Origin: Macrostomum lignano
Taxonomy: Eukaryota
Reading direction: 5' to 3'
NCBI GenBank assembly: GCA_002269645.1
Contig: NIVC01000625.1
Coordinates: 248,001 to 312,000, forward strand
Length of the DNA: 64,000 bases
A program made the position numbers and the translations under genes. The first letter of the stretch is position 1. Each line of letters begins with the position of its first letter. Below, piece by piece: positions 1-13,100 of this stretch. Below the pieces are notes generated by a model, which did not search any database, had not been told where the DNA came from, and saw nothing but the letters and a program-made list of their open reading frames with translations.

Positions 1-2304
1 TAAAAAGCTTGAACAGCAGCCAGCCAGCAATGTATGCCAACTTCTCATTCTCAATGCACCCGACTGCCTCAAATTCCTGGAAAGCCTTCAGCCCCTCGTC
101 ATCAGTCAATTCACTCACTTGCTCGCATTGCTGCAGATTCTCTCCGTTGATAAATGGCTCGCTGGCTGTGTGAACGTCACCAAGCAGCAATGACGCATTG
201 TCTTCCTCACAGTTGGCTTGCAGCTGGCGGCAGCTGAGTAGCTGGTTCACAGCCAATGATCTGAACGCAGCTGCAGCTTCCCGGTATTCAGGACAGTCAT
301 TAAATCCTCCACGTCGTCTAATGCAAGAGAAGCCGTTCTCCACATGATCCTGTGTGAAATTTCTTACGAATAGCTTCTGACAGCTGCCACTTTCAACTAG
401 TTCGGATGAGACGATCAGCAACGACCTCAAGCTGAACTGCCAGCCAATGTGGAACTTCATGCCCTTTGCCTGAGTTCCATCATTTTTGAGGAAACACAGA
501 GCTGACAGCCACTGGCACCACTTCTCGATAAGAGTCTGCTTCTCCCGAATGTTATTCCGTGTTATGGAATCTGCAGCGCATGTTCCGTTTGAAAGGTCAA
601 ACAGCTCATTCACCATTTCGCAGAATCTTGCGGTTCCAAGCACAGTTTCTGATCTCACTACACCATACTGAGCGTAGACACGCAGAGCCTGAGCCATTGT
701 TCTGGACAGAACCTGCGCAGCTAGCTTCACTCGCATATTCTTGCCGACGGTCAGGTTCACGTGACACTCCTGAAGCTTTGGAACCAAGCGCAAGTTTCCA
801 GGCTTTCCTAGTTCTACTTGAGCCACAGCAACGATATCTGCCCAGTTTGCAGTTTTTCGAGTGCCGCTATCATCAAATTCAATGCAATGCTTATGCAGAG
901 CATTTCGCATGTTCTTTAAGCAATGAGGAACATCGATGAAAGCTGGAATCAGTGACTGAACTCCGTCTACTTCGATACACACGGAAGGGCGATCAGGATT
1001 CGCCCCTAACTGTCGCAAGCACTGCCACTGAGTAGACTCCTGGTCACACACGATGCCGGAAAGCGTGAGTCCCATTCTTTTAACTGCAGCAACAGACTCA
1101 GAGAGGATCTGTTTGAATCTCAGTGCCCCAGGTGCGTGGTGGATGAGATAGTGCCCAATCGGCTGCTTCCATCTTGAGCAAGTGCCTTTGAGCCATACAG
1201 CGACAAACTCATCAGCAGTAGTCGCAGTTCGACCCCCAGCGGACGTGCCACAGTCTTCGAAGCCGATGATCTGGTCCGCGTTCTTATTGTAGCGAAGCGA
1301 AGGCCTCACAGACATGCCGTCAATGCTTATTGTGCAGATCTTTTCATCGGCTGTCATTGTGCTGGCTGCAGATGCCACATTGGCCTCGATTATTTTACAA
1401 ATCCCAGGCTGGCGCATGCAGAATCCAACTTTTCGACGAATTGTTGATCTGCCTGGTAGTGCGAAGCCAAGGTCACGCATAAAGCGATGACATCTTGGGC
1501 TGTAGTGCAGCAGTCCTGCTGCCAAGCGCTGAGTTGATCTGGACCACACTGAGCGGCGTCGACTCGAGTTTTGGACCTGGTCCTTCACAAAATTGCTGAC
1601 AACCGTGTTCAACGAGTTCATTTTAGAACACCAGCACTTTAACTGCAGCTGATGGCAGCTCCGGTTCGAAGACTGTGCCTTTGAAATTTGAGCCTGCAAC
1701 TGAGCGATTCGTCTGAGCATAGTTCGAACTTTCGATCTCTCGTCGTTTAGCTTCTTGAGCAGCTCTGCACGCGACAGACACTTTCGTCCTCTCAATTTCG
1801 CCGAATCTGCAGCTGAGATGACTGGTTCTCCATCAAAACACTGCACATCGTCCTCAGTGCGACCTTCTCTCGGCCTTCTCTCCTTCGCAAGTGGAGAAAC
1901 TCTTACTCTCGGACGCGAGCGTCGGTAAGGTTCTGCTATTTCTTTGTACAGCTGGAGCATCGGGTAAGCCGTGGGCATCAGTCTGACCCCAGGCTCATGT
2001 CTCTGGTCAGGACACACGTACATGCTGTCGGGAAAATGGTGGCTGCACACGACAGCGTTCTTCCACCTCGCTTCGTTTTTCTTGCCCAAGAGGTCTGCTC
2101 GGAAGATGCGCCGAGCCCAATCTTCACACCTACAGTAGTTAGGTTTCAGTGAATGACTATGGGGCAATAGCAGGAAAGTCACGCATGTACATGAACATAC
2201 CTTTCTCGGTTTGCTGGGAATCGATGAAATCTCGTTTGTGCAGGACATTTGTTTGTGTAATTCTGGCAACCATAAGCAGCGCATTGCCTTCTTGATGCTG
2301 TCAT
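1..2304 (-). CDS. THAP-domain P-element-family (THAP9-like) transposase, 2 exons, runs off the window start
   Basis: Hand translation. Exon 1 2304-2201 gives MTASRRQCAAYGCQNY..RFHRFP; GT-AG intron 2200-2130; exon 2 from 2129 gives W..VVCSHHF..RLMPTAYP (THAP motif). It continues with ISIDGMSV, WKQPIGHY, IVCDQES, IDVPHCLKNMRN, MRVKLAAQVLS, QDHVENGFSCIRRRGGFNDCP, NCEED and LAYIAGWL. No stop codon seen down to position 1, which explains its absence from the ORF track. Confidence 0.92.
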
Positions 2305-2585
2305 GTTACAGTTGTCTCTGTTTAATGCCTTCGTTGCTGCTAATCACTGCCTTATTCATGTCAGTTGCAGCAGCCGCTGCCACAGAATATACTGTATATT
2401 CTGTGGCAGCGGCTGCTGCTACTCGCAGTCTCAGTCGTCTATGGCAGAACCTTTCCAAGCCGCATACGCGTAAGTATAAGTGGCTACTATCTTTCTTCAC
2501 CACAAAAGTAGCTAAATATGCAAATACTTTTTGTAACAGATTTTTCTGCGAGAGGGCTGATCGGGCATTCTGTCTATATTCTGTG
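1..2585 (-). mobile_element. P-superfamily DNA transposon; 5' end probably at 2585, other end off-window
   Basis: Transposase above. The candidate terminus CACAGAATATAG (minus strand from 2585) recurs as CACAGAATATA in an internal palindrome at 2367-2419. The second TIR and the TSD are not visible. Confidence 0.65.
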
Positions 2586-2614
2586 CAGTAGCCTGTGTTT
2601 AAGGACAGTTAGTG

Positions 2615-2961
2615 CCACAGACAGCTGGTACCACAGACAGCTGGTACCACAGACAGCTGGTACCACAGACAGCTGGTACCACAGACAGCTGGTACCACAG
2701 ACAGCTGGTACCACAGACAGCTGGTACCACAGACAGCTGGTACCACAGACAGCTGGTACCACAGACAGCTGGTACCACAGACAGCTGGTACCACAGACAG
2801 CTGGTACCACAGACAGCTGGTACCACAGACAGCTGGTACCACAGACAGCTGGTACCACAGACAGCTGGTACCACAGACAGCTGGTACCACAGACAGCTGG
2901 TACCACAGACAGCTGGTACCACAGACAGCTGGTACCACAGACAGCTGGTACCACAGACAGC
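2615..2961. repeat. 16-bp minisatellite (CCACAGACAGCTGGTA) x ~21.5
   Basis: Perfect tandem array starting ~10 nt from the 4CL-like intron 4 donor. Confidence 0.97.
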
Positions 2962-2971
2962 CGGCGCTCAC

Positions 2972-5900
2972 ATGCGGGAACCGTCTCCGAAACGAGTCCT
3001 CAGTCTCGGCCTTGAGCGGCGCGGCTCCGCAGAAAACGCGGCGCAGGGCGGACAAGTCGAACTTGTCCACCAGCGGATGGCCGGCCAGGAACAGCAGGAT
3101 GGGCGGCACAATGTGCGCCAGGGTGATGCGGTGGTTCTGCAGGGTCTCCAGGAAGCGGACGGGCTCGAAGCGGCTCATGACGGACAGCTGGTAGCCGCGC
3201 CGGAAGTTGAAGCCGAGCACCACCACCTGGCCGTAGACATGGTAGAAGGGCAGAACGCCGATCAGCCGCTCGTCTGGCAGGTCGCCCATGGTCTCGCTGC
3301 CGGCGGCGGGAAGGCGGAGGACGGGAGCTTCATCAGAAGGATCTTTTGGGACGCTTTGAAAACCCTCAGGTCTGTCTGGCTTTTTCGGTTCTGGGGAATT
3401 TTTGAGCCCGTGGAATTTTGCGACCTGTTGGAATTCCTGGGCGAGTGGATTTCTGATGCTGATGGAATTTCGGCAGCGACCTTCGGGTCCAGGGAATTCG
3501 CATCAGAGGAATCTCCGGGTCAGGGAAATTATCCTCAAAGAAAGTTTCGGTTTGGGGGAATTCGCATAAGGGGAAATTTTGGGTTAGGGGAATTCGCATC
3601 AGGGGAAATTTTGGGTTAGGGGAATTCGCATCAGGGGAATTATTGGGTTGGGGGAATTTGCATCAAGGGAATTTTCAGGTTGGGGGAATTTCGCATCAGA
3701 GGAAATTTCGGGTTGGGGGAATTCGCATCAGAGGAATCTCCGGGTCAGGGAAATTATCCTCAGGGGAATTTTCGGGTTGGGGGAATTTGCATCAGAGGAA
3801 TCTCCAGGTCAGGGAAATTATCTTCAGGGAAAGTTTCGGGTTGGGGAATTCGCATCAGAGGAATTTTCGGGTTGGGGGAATTCGCATCAGAGGAATTTTC
3901 GGGTTGGGGGAATTCGCATCAGGGGAATTTTCGGGTTGGGGGAATTCGCATCAGAGGAAATTTTGGGTTGGGGAATTCGCATCAGGGAATTTTCGGGTTG
4001 GGGGAATTCGCATCAGAGGAAATTTTGGGTTGGGGGAATTCGCATCAGGGGAATTTTCGGGTTGGGGGAATTCGCATCAGAGGAAATTTTGGGTTGGGGG
4101 AATTCGCATCAGGGGAATTTTCGGGTTGGGGGAATTCGCATCAGAGGAAATTTTGGGTTGGGGGAATTCGCATCAGGGGAATTTTCAGGTTGGGGGAATT
4201 TGCATCAATGGAATTATCGGGTTGGAGGAATTCGAGTCATTAAAATTTTCGCGTCGGGGGAATTCGCATCAGGGGAATTTTGGGTTGAGGGAATTCGCAT
4301 CAGAAGAATCTCCGGGTCAGGGAAATTATCCTCAGGGAAAGTTTCGGGTTGGGGGAATTCGCATCAATGGAATTTTTGGGTTGGGGGAATTCGCATTAGT
4401 TGAAGTGTTTGAGGAGTTTTTGAGGAGTTTGAGGTGGTATTTCCAGATGCATGCAATTTTTGTCCCCCCAGCCTCACAGAGTCTGCTCAATGTTGGCCAC
4501 CAGGTTCCGGTGCGTCAGCATCACCCCCTTCGGCAGGCCGGTTGTGCCGCTGGAATACAAAATGGCGGCCACGTCATTCGCCTGGTCCACCTGGAAAGAG
4601 CCGGACGGGTCGCAGCTGCCGTCGTCCTCGAACAGGTCGGCAAAGCGGCGCGTCCCCGGCTCGGCATCCTCGGTGAGGAAGACCTCCTGGGCGGGACAGA
4701 CGGGGTGGCGCGGTGAGGGGGGGAGTCGCCTTTGTTGCCAGGGGGAACTCAGCAAAATGTACAAAAGTGCTGCACCTTCACCACACCGCTGGCCTTGGCG
4801 GCCTCGGCAGCCACGGGCAGCTTTTCCTTCGTGGTGAGCAGGAACTTCGTGCGGCAGTCCCGCAGCTGTCTGGCCAGCTCGCCTGCGGGGTGCGGCGGGG
4901 ACCGGCCAAATTCCTGCAGTGCAGAACTCTTCAATCCCTCAGTTTGCCTTTGGATTGACGCATCTCGTCTCTCCCGCTCCCCTGCACTGTCTGCCGCTCT
5001 CTCCCACTCCCCTGCACTGTCTGCCGCTCTCTCCCGCTCCCCTGCACTGTCTGCCGCTCTCTCCCACTCCCCTGCACTGTCTGCCGCTCTCTCCCGCTCC
5101 CCTGCACTGTCTGCCGCTCTCTCCCGCTCCCCTGCACTGTCTGCCGCTCTCTCCTGCACTGTCTGCCGCTCTCTCCCGCTCTCCTGCACTGTCTGCCGCT
5201 CTCTCCCGCTCTCCTGCACTGTCTGCCGCTCTCTCCCGCTCTCCTGCACTGTCTGCCGCTCTCTCCCGCTCCCCTGCACTGTCTGCCGCTCTCTCCTGCA
5301 CTGTCTGCCGCTCTCTCCCGCTCTCCTGCACTGTCTGCCGCTCTCTCCCGCTCTCCTGCACTGTCTGCCGCTCTCTCCCGCTCTCCTGCACTGTCTGCCG
5401 CTCTCTCCCGCTCCCCTGCACTGTCTGCCGCTCTCTCCCACTCCCCTGCACTGTCTGCCGCTCTCTCCCGCTCCCCTGCACTGTCTGCCGCTCTCTCCCA
5501 CTCCCCTGCACTGTCTGCCGCTCTCTCCCGCTCCCCTGCACTGTCTGCCGCTCTCTCCCACTCCCCTGCACTGTCTGCCGCTCTCTCCCGCTCCCCTGCA
5601 CTGTCTGCCGCTCTCTCCCGCTCCCCTGCACTGTCTGCCGCTCTCTCCTGCACTGTCTGCCGCTCTCTCCCGCTCTCCTGCACTGTCTGCCGCTCTCTCC
5701 CGCTCTCCTGCACTGTCTGCCGCTCTCTCCCGCTCTCCTGCACTGTCTGCCGCTCTCTCCCGCTCCCCTGCACTGTCTGCCGCTCTCTCCTGCACTGTCT
5801 GCCGCTCTCTCCCGCTCTCCTGCACTGTCTGCCGCTCTCTCCCGCTCTCCTGCACTGTCTGCCGCTCTCTCCCGCTCTCCTGCACTGTCTGCCGCTCTCT

Positions 5901-6510
5901 CCCGCTCTCCTGCACTGTCTGCCGCTCTCTCCCGCTCTCCTGCACTGTCTGCCGCTCTCTCCCGCTCCCCTGCACTGTCTGCCGCTCTCTCCCGCTCTCC
6001 TTTTGCACTCTGCCGCACTCTTGGCTCCCGCTCTTCCGCTCTCCCTCCTGCTCTCCCCTTACACCCTCTGCCTTTCCCCAGCCCAGCCAAGCAGCACTCA
6101 GCCACTGCAGCCGCAGGCGGTTGCGGCTCACTAGCGGTGAAGTCCGGGCTGGCCGTGGTGAGCACCCCGCCGCAGCGCATGATGGCCAGCATGGCAGCCG
6201 GGTAGTCGGGGAAGTTGCCGCTGAAGATGCACATCGTGTCGCCCCTGGCGAACCGGAGCTTGGCCAGGCCGCTGCTGGCGGCTACCGTGGCGGCCCGCAG
6301 GTCGGCGTAGCTGATCCGGCGCCCGCTGGCCGCGCACACCACCGCGGTCCGGTCGGCGAAGCGGTCGCAGGCCTCCAGCAGGTAGGCGGGATAGCTGATC
6401 TCAGTGGGATATTGCACATCAGGCAGGTGGGAGCGGAACACCGTGGTTGCGAGGGCCCGGCGGCCGCTCCTCAGCAGCAGGTGACCGACGCCAAGCAGTT
6501 TGGCCTGCAT
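2972..6510 (-). CDS. 4-coumarate-CoA ligase-like / luciferase-like acyl-CoA synthetase (ANL family), exons 1-4; 3' exons lie beyond the P element, off-window
   Basis: Phase-compatible GT-AG exons 6510-6132, 4882-4776, 4686-4478 and 3296-2972. AMP-binding motif [20 protein letters not shown]; also [25 protein letters not shown] and CGAAPL. Confidence 0.92.
3480..4400. repeat. Degenerate ~30-bp minisatellite (GGGGAATTCGCATCAGAGGAAATTTTCGGGTT-like)
   Basis: Repeated GGGGAATTCGCATCAG core filling 4CL-like intron 3. Confidence 0.9.
4965..6012. repeat. 30-bp minisatellite (CTGCACTGTCTGCCGCTCTCTCCCGCTCCC) with shorter variants
   Basis: Tandem array filling 4CL-like intron 1. Confidence 0.96.
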
Positions 6511-7378
6511 ATTTTGCCAGTCTCGGGAACAGGCAGGTTGGCCTCACTGCTCCGCGCCCCGTGCGGGTGAGGCAGAAATAGATAAGAAAAGCGCCAGCCC
6601 CCCGGTCCATTGTACTCCCGCAAACAGGCATAACTCCGTGCACTACCCCTGGCCCTGCTGGTGTACTTTTGCAGCTGTGCGCCTGTACGCACAGGCAAAT
6701 AAACAGTTTCTGCAGGTCAGCCCAGGTTGCGACCCCCCACCCACTCCAAGCCATCCACAAAGCCTCTGCACTGCTGTTCATTGTTGGGTGACAGTCCAAA
6801 AAGTGCACGCACCCCGGGAGGGTGGAGCTCGGATTGCACTAACACAGTGTGGAATTAGTAACCGTTCATTATTAGTAATCCATGGACCACTGTAGCACAG
6901 CAGCTGACGTAAAACTCAAAGATCGTGTCACTTTTTAAAGGCCGATTTCCTGGAAAAAGTACACTGCGGAGATAGTAAAAATCGTTACAGCATGCTACTC
7001 TGCTATGTTTTTATATTGCTGTGTATCGAAATTTTCATTTTCAATTGATTTCTTTTTATTTCCTATGCCTAAAGTTGTAAACACTAACTGTACAAATATA
7101 ATTGATTCAAGAAGGAACAAAACAGAACGCTAATCCAATGCCACTTGAGAGTAGTTACAAATTTGGGCTTATGAAATAAAAAACAATATGAAAATGAACC
7201 ATTTAGGGCGCTTGTGCATTTTTTATTAATAGAGGCCTCAAGGCCAGCCGACAGTCTGCATAGCGGCTGCCACCGTTTTATTTTGCTTTTCTTCCCATAA
7301 AAATTCAAATGCTAAGCGGCAATTCAGGAGCTACTAATTTAATGTTCTTATATACTACTAACAACAGTAGGCCTGCTC

Positions 7379-8406
7379 TCAGGCCAGCATGGCGTCCCCT
7401 TTGGGCCGCAGGCCGGGCCGCAGCCGCTCAGCCTCGGCCTGCTGGACTCGCTGGCGGAGCTCATCGGCCTTGGCCGCCAGGTCCACGCTCTCCATGGCTG
7501 CCAGCGCCTGCTGCGCCACCTGCCTGTTGGCCGCGTGCCGGCGCTGCTGGCCCGACGTGCTGAATGGCGTCGGCCGGCCGTCTGCCGAAGGCGGGTGGAG
7601 TCTACTTACAGACTGGTAGCGAGTCTACTTACAGACTGGATAGTCTACTTACAGACTGGATAGTCTACTTACAGACTGGTTAGCGTCTCTACTTACAGAC
7701 TGGTTAGCGAGTCTACTTACAGACTGGTTAGCGAGTCTACTTACAGACTGGTTAGCGTCTCTACATACAGACTGGTTAGCGTCTCTACATACAGACTGGT
7801 TAGTGAGTCTACTTACAGACTGGATAGTCTACTTACAGACTGGTTAGCGTCTCTACTTACAGACTGGTTAGCGAGTCTACTTACAGACTGGTTAGCGAGT
7901 CTACTTACAGACTGGTTAGCGAGTCTACTTACAGACTGGTTAGCGTCTCTACATACAGACTGGTTAGCGTCTCTACTTACAGGTTAGGGAGTCTACTTAC
8001 AGACTGGCTAGGGAGTCTACTTACAGACTGGCTAGGGAGTCTACTTACAGACTGGTTAGGGAGTCTACTTACAGACTGGCTAGGGAGTCTACTTACAGAC
8101 TGGTTAGGGAGTCTACTTACAGACTGGCTAGGGAGTCTACTTACAGACTGGCTAGGGAGTCTACTTACAGACTAGTGGATAAAACTACAACCAGTTAAAG
8201 CACATGCTTTACCCACCGGCAAAAGTCCAGTCGGGCAAGTCAGTGAGAGGTCCCCTCTCGTTGCCATTTGGAGGGAGGCCCCGCCGCAGGCGGTACCAGC
8301 AGATGTTGGCGAGGCAGCTGGAAGTGCGCAGGCCAGCAGAGGGCACACGGAATGCGGCAGTCAGCAGGGATGCTGAGGAAGCAACCCCTGGCATGCAGTT
8401 AAGCAT
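7379..8406 (-). CDS. MRPL52: Mitochondrial ribosomal protein L52 (mL52), 2 coding exons, 130 aa
   Basis: Exons 8406-8217 and 7581-7379 splice in phase (GCC G|gt..ag|AC GGC). The product contains [33 protein letters not shown]...LRPKG, matching the mL52 signature GPLTxLPDWSyADGRP and C-terminal LxPKG. Confidence 0.88.
7597..8172. repeat. ~24-bp minisatellite (GAGTCTACTTACAGACTGGTTAGC)
   Basis: Tandem array filling the MRPL52 intron. Confidence 0.95.
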
Positions 8407-10139
8407 CTGGAACAGGCAGAGCAAAGCTTTTACAATTCAGGAAAATACTGGCCCCATGTGGTCATTGAAGGCTTGCTGATTTGCAGATTCAGAGGTGCAA
8501 TCTTGTGCAATGACAAGGTTTTGAAAATTAAATTAATTCCTTTCTATCCTATATTCACATGCTTAACCTTGGAAATTTCACTGGCCATGCAGCTTAGTTT
8601 AGACTAAAATGTGATTTGCTAAAAAACAAAGGAAATATTTATTTCATTGTCAAATGCTATGAAAAAAGTGAAAAAATGCAACTTAATAACCCTTGGTCTG
8701 CCACAATTTATGTTAGCTGGATGAGCTAGATTAGCTAGCAGTTGCTAATATATAGGTTGAATTGTTCCTTTTGTCCTAAGAAAAATTTCATGACTAGGTC
8801 TACACATTTTGCCAAGATATTTTGTCTAAATAATGCTTATAATTTGATTCCAAGATTAACTTGTCTAAATATATGACCTTAAATTTTGAAGCTTATGTGG
8901 TATACCAAATAGAAAAAATTACATAAAGCAATAGCCAATATCTAGATAACTGGCCATTGGAAAAGATAAGTGAAATTTTCTATAACCATACAAAGCAAAT
9001 ATAGATAACTAACTTGTTTAGAATGATAAAAATTTGCATTTCTTATCAAAACTTTAAGTTTAAAACTAGCCTGTTAAAATCAATGACAATGCAAATAGTT
9101 AGAAGAGATGGCTTAGTTTGAAATCCTAAGGCACTTAAGACTGCTAAATTTCCTATATAGGCCTATTAGCTAGCTTAATAGGTTGCCTTAAAGAAACTAA
9201 AAACCCATTGCATTTGTTTTGTTTGTATAAAATGGTTTAAATAAAATATAATACTATAATGTTAAAGGAAATTTTCAATAAATTTTGATAACCAACATTA
9301 CTAAAGCCAGGGGTGTGGGGGTAGTGAGCCCCCTACTAGACTTACTAAAGCCAGGGGTGTCAGGGTGGCAACCCTTATTAAAGCCAAGGGTTTGTTGGAT
9401 CTGTGTACACTATATAAGTGGGCAAAGTCAAAGAGAGGCGGGGTGTGGATGTGGGACATAAAACTAAATATAGCTTCTTAATTAGTTCTTAATTTGGGTT
9501 AAATGCCTATATGGCAAATATATATACACACAATTCTTCACAATTCTTCACAATTATGCCATATATTGCTTAGGCCTATAGCATTTCAAAAAATGATAAA
9601 CTCAAATAAAAAATATTGGCCTTAATAAATGTAGCCATCTACTTGGTTACTTAAAATCACAAAATATAGGCCCTAAAAACTACTTTAGCTTTGGCCCTTA
9701 GGCTTACCTAATTTTTTAAAGTTAATCTTAATCTTTTAAGTTACTTAAAAAGTCACAAATGAAACAACAAACCTAAAAAGCCTAAAAACTAAGTCTAAAA
9801 TATTAACTATCAAGTCAATTTACTATAATTTATGAGAGAGCCTAGGGGTTATTTTAATTTAGACCTATACAATAATTTATGACCTATAATCTAATTGTTT
9901 TATATCGCCGATTTTTGCTGTTGCAATAGGCTAGCCTAAGCCTATATTCCATCAATATCAAGTAGGCTAGGCCTAGCGCCTATACAAAAGCTGACACCAT
10001 TATTCCCAAAATACCCTACCTACTAGCAGTTTTAGAAATTTAGACATATCGCCATTATTGGTTACCTATTTCATTTGGGTATGGTCAAATAGGACCAAGA
10101 CTGAACTGAATGTGAGATCCAATCTGTCAGTGATGCACT

Positions 10140-13100
10140 TGTAACTATAATTTATTGTACGCACATCTGCGCCCCAGCCGCCCCGTCCCCCAATCATGTA
10201 TGTACGTTGCTATCGATTGCTCAGCCCCCTCGCCCCTCTATATAATATGCTTTTTGGCACTCTTGAATAATACACGTATCTCTCGGTTGCGCGTTCATTA
10301 CATGGCGTCGCAAGCTAGCTAGACTCAGAGCATGGACCTGAAGCCACCCGAAGAGTTGGAGACGGACTCCAACGAGTCTTGGAAACGCTGGCGACAGAGA
10401 TTTTTGATATACCTCAAGGCAACTGGAATTGTTGGCGAAGAGCGTCGAATAAATTTGTTTTTGCACCTGATCGGTGACAATGGCCTTGACATTTATAACA
10501 CCCTGGAGACAGAAATAGAAGAGGAAACAGCGCAGGGTGCAACGGCAAGGCGACCAATAGCTTTTGACGAGTTGCTGGAGCTATTCGATGAGCACTTCAG
10601 TCCGCGTACGAGCGAAGTCTTCGAGCGTTTTAAGTTCTGGAAACGCGACCAGAAGGAGTCTGAGCCAGTCGACCTGTTTGTGACTGATTTGAAACGTCTG
10701 GCTGGAACGTGCAATTTCGAAACACAAAAAGAGAAAATGATTCGAGACAAGATTGTCCTGGGGTGCAACGACTCACGAATGCGAGAGCGGCTACTTCAAG
10801 AACCGGACTTGGACCTGAGAACGGCAATTGACATGTGCAGAGCTGCAGAGTCCGCGCGACATCAGCTAAAGGAAGTCGAGAAAGGCCTAAACGTCGTAAG
10901 GTTGTCACCCGCTCCGGCAGCGCCTCGGCAGCAACAAATCCGCAACTCAGGGCGCCCAGTGTCGAGTACAGCGGCCCAGTCGACGGCGCAGGGCCAACCT
11001 GGCCAAAGTTCGAACCCGAGTCAACTTCAGGGACGCCTTCCTGGAGAAAGTCGCTGTCACAACTGCGGTTACAGTCATCGTGATGGCAAGTGTCCGGCTT
11101 TTGGTAAGCGGTGTCTGTCCTGTGGCCGTCTGAACCACTTTCGCAGTCAATGTCGAAGCAACAATAACCGGAGGGTTATGACTGTAACAGCAGCTGAAGG
11201 TGAGGATGCTAGTGCTGGTGAAGAAGTGTATTTTATCGGAACGCTGCAGACTGATAATGGTTCCAGTTGGTTAGCAGAAGTTCAGCTTCCAGATGGTAAA
11301 AAGCTGCAATGCAAGCTAGACACCGGAGCAGAGGTGAGCGTGTTGCCAGCAGATTATTTCCCAGTCGGTGAGCAGTTGCTAAAAACTCACACTGTGTTGA
11401 CGGCTTTTGGAGGAGCTCGCATTCCTGTCGTTGGAAAGTGTCGTTTGAAGGTCAAGGTGCAGGGTCGGCCGTGCGAGATAGAGTTTATGGTTTCAGAGGT
11501 GCAACAAGCAATCCTTGGTTTACCAGCGCTGAAGGATCTGGACCTAATTCGAAGAGTTGAAAGCGTTAGACAGCCACCGGTGATTGACGAAAAGTTCGTG
11601 CTAGAGGAATTCAGTGACCTGTTTGACGACAAACTTGGCTGTTTGCCTTACGTGCACTCGTTTACTCTCGATGAACATGCTGTTCCTGTCGTCAATGCTC
11701 CGAGAAAGATTCCCTTTGCGCTGCAAGGCAAAGTTCAGGAGGAGTTAAAGCGCATGGAGGCCCTCGGAGTCATTGTTAAAGTTTCTGAGCCAACGGATTG
11801 GGTAAACTCTTTGGTTACTGTACACAAGCCAGATGGCAGCCTGCGACTGTGTATCGATCCGACACATCTCAACAAAGCTATCAAGCGCGCTCACTACCCG
11901 ATGACAACAGTCGAGCAAGTTGTTGCGCGCATTCCAGGTGCCAAGTACTTCACCGTGCTGGATGCAAAGACTGGTTTTTGGCAGATAAGACTTGACGAAG
12001 AAAGTACACAGCTCTGTACTTTCAACACTCCGTGGGGCAGATACAAATTTGTTCGCCTGCCCCAGGAACTATTGATGCACCGGAAGTCTACCAACGTGAG
12101 CTAAGCAAAATTTTCAGCAGCTGGGCTGAGGTAATTGTTGATGATATGCTTGTCTGGGGACGGACCCGCGAAGAGCACGATCAGAAGCTACTCAAGGTGC
12201 TCAGTGAGGCCCGTCAGTCGAATTTAAAGCTAAATCGCAAGAAATTGAAAGTTGGTGTTTCTTCAGTAAACCATGTTGGTCACGTGATCTCATCTGACGG
12301 TGTTCGTCCAGATCCTGCTAAAGTAAAAGCCATTCAAGAGCTTCCGGTTCCAGGTGATAAGCAGGCAGTGATGCGGCTGCTTGGCATGGCAACCTACCTG
12401 GGCAAGTTTATTCCGAATGCGTCGGACATCACTGAACCTCTTCGTGCCCTGCTCAAGAAGGAGGTGCTTTTTGACTGGCAAGAGAAGCAGCAGCAAGCTT
12501 TTGAGAAGCTAAAAGATGTTCTGTCGGACGCTCCTGTGCTAAGGTTGTTTGACGCCGATATGGAAGTTGAGCTTCAAGTTGACAGTTCATCGGTCGGAGT
12601 TGGTTGCGTTTTGCTGCAGAATGGACAGCCTGTGGCGTATGGATCGGCTGTGCTGACCAACACGCAAAAGAACTATGCTCAGATTGAGAAGGAGACTCTG
12701 GCCGTTGTTATTGCTTGCAAGAAATTTCATGACTACATCTATGGCCTTCCAGTATAGTATTTGTCATGCTATCTCAGCCTAGAGACATCCAAACTCAGCC
12801 AGCCCATCTCAACAGTGCGATTTTTTACGTAAGCCAGTCAAGTTTTACCATAGACATGCTTCTTAAGGCCATGCTATCTCAGCCTGGGACATGCATTGTC
12901 GGCTGATTCTCCATGCAGGAATGGCATTCTTGCACTCTTTTGCGTGCAGGAATGGATGTCTATGGTAAAATCTCACTGAAAAAGCATTAGGCGCAGAAAT
13001 GCATTCCTGCACGGTTTTGTGCATTCCTGCACGATGAATCATCCGACAATGGAATACCTTCACGTTCATTCATTGCTGTTTGTTGCCATTTCATGTCACG

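Noticed and set aside
2615-2961. CRISPR-like regular repeats here and elsewhere
   Set aside because: Head-to-tail repeats without unique spacers, no cas genes, eukaryotic context
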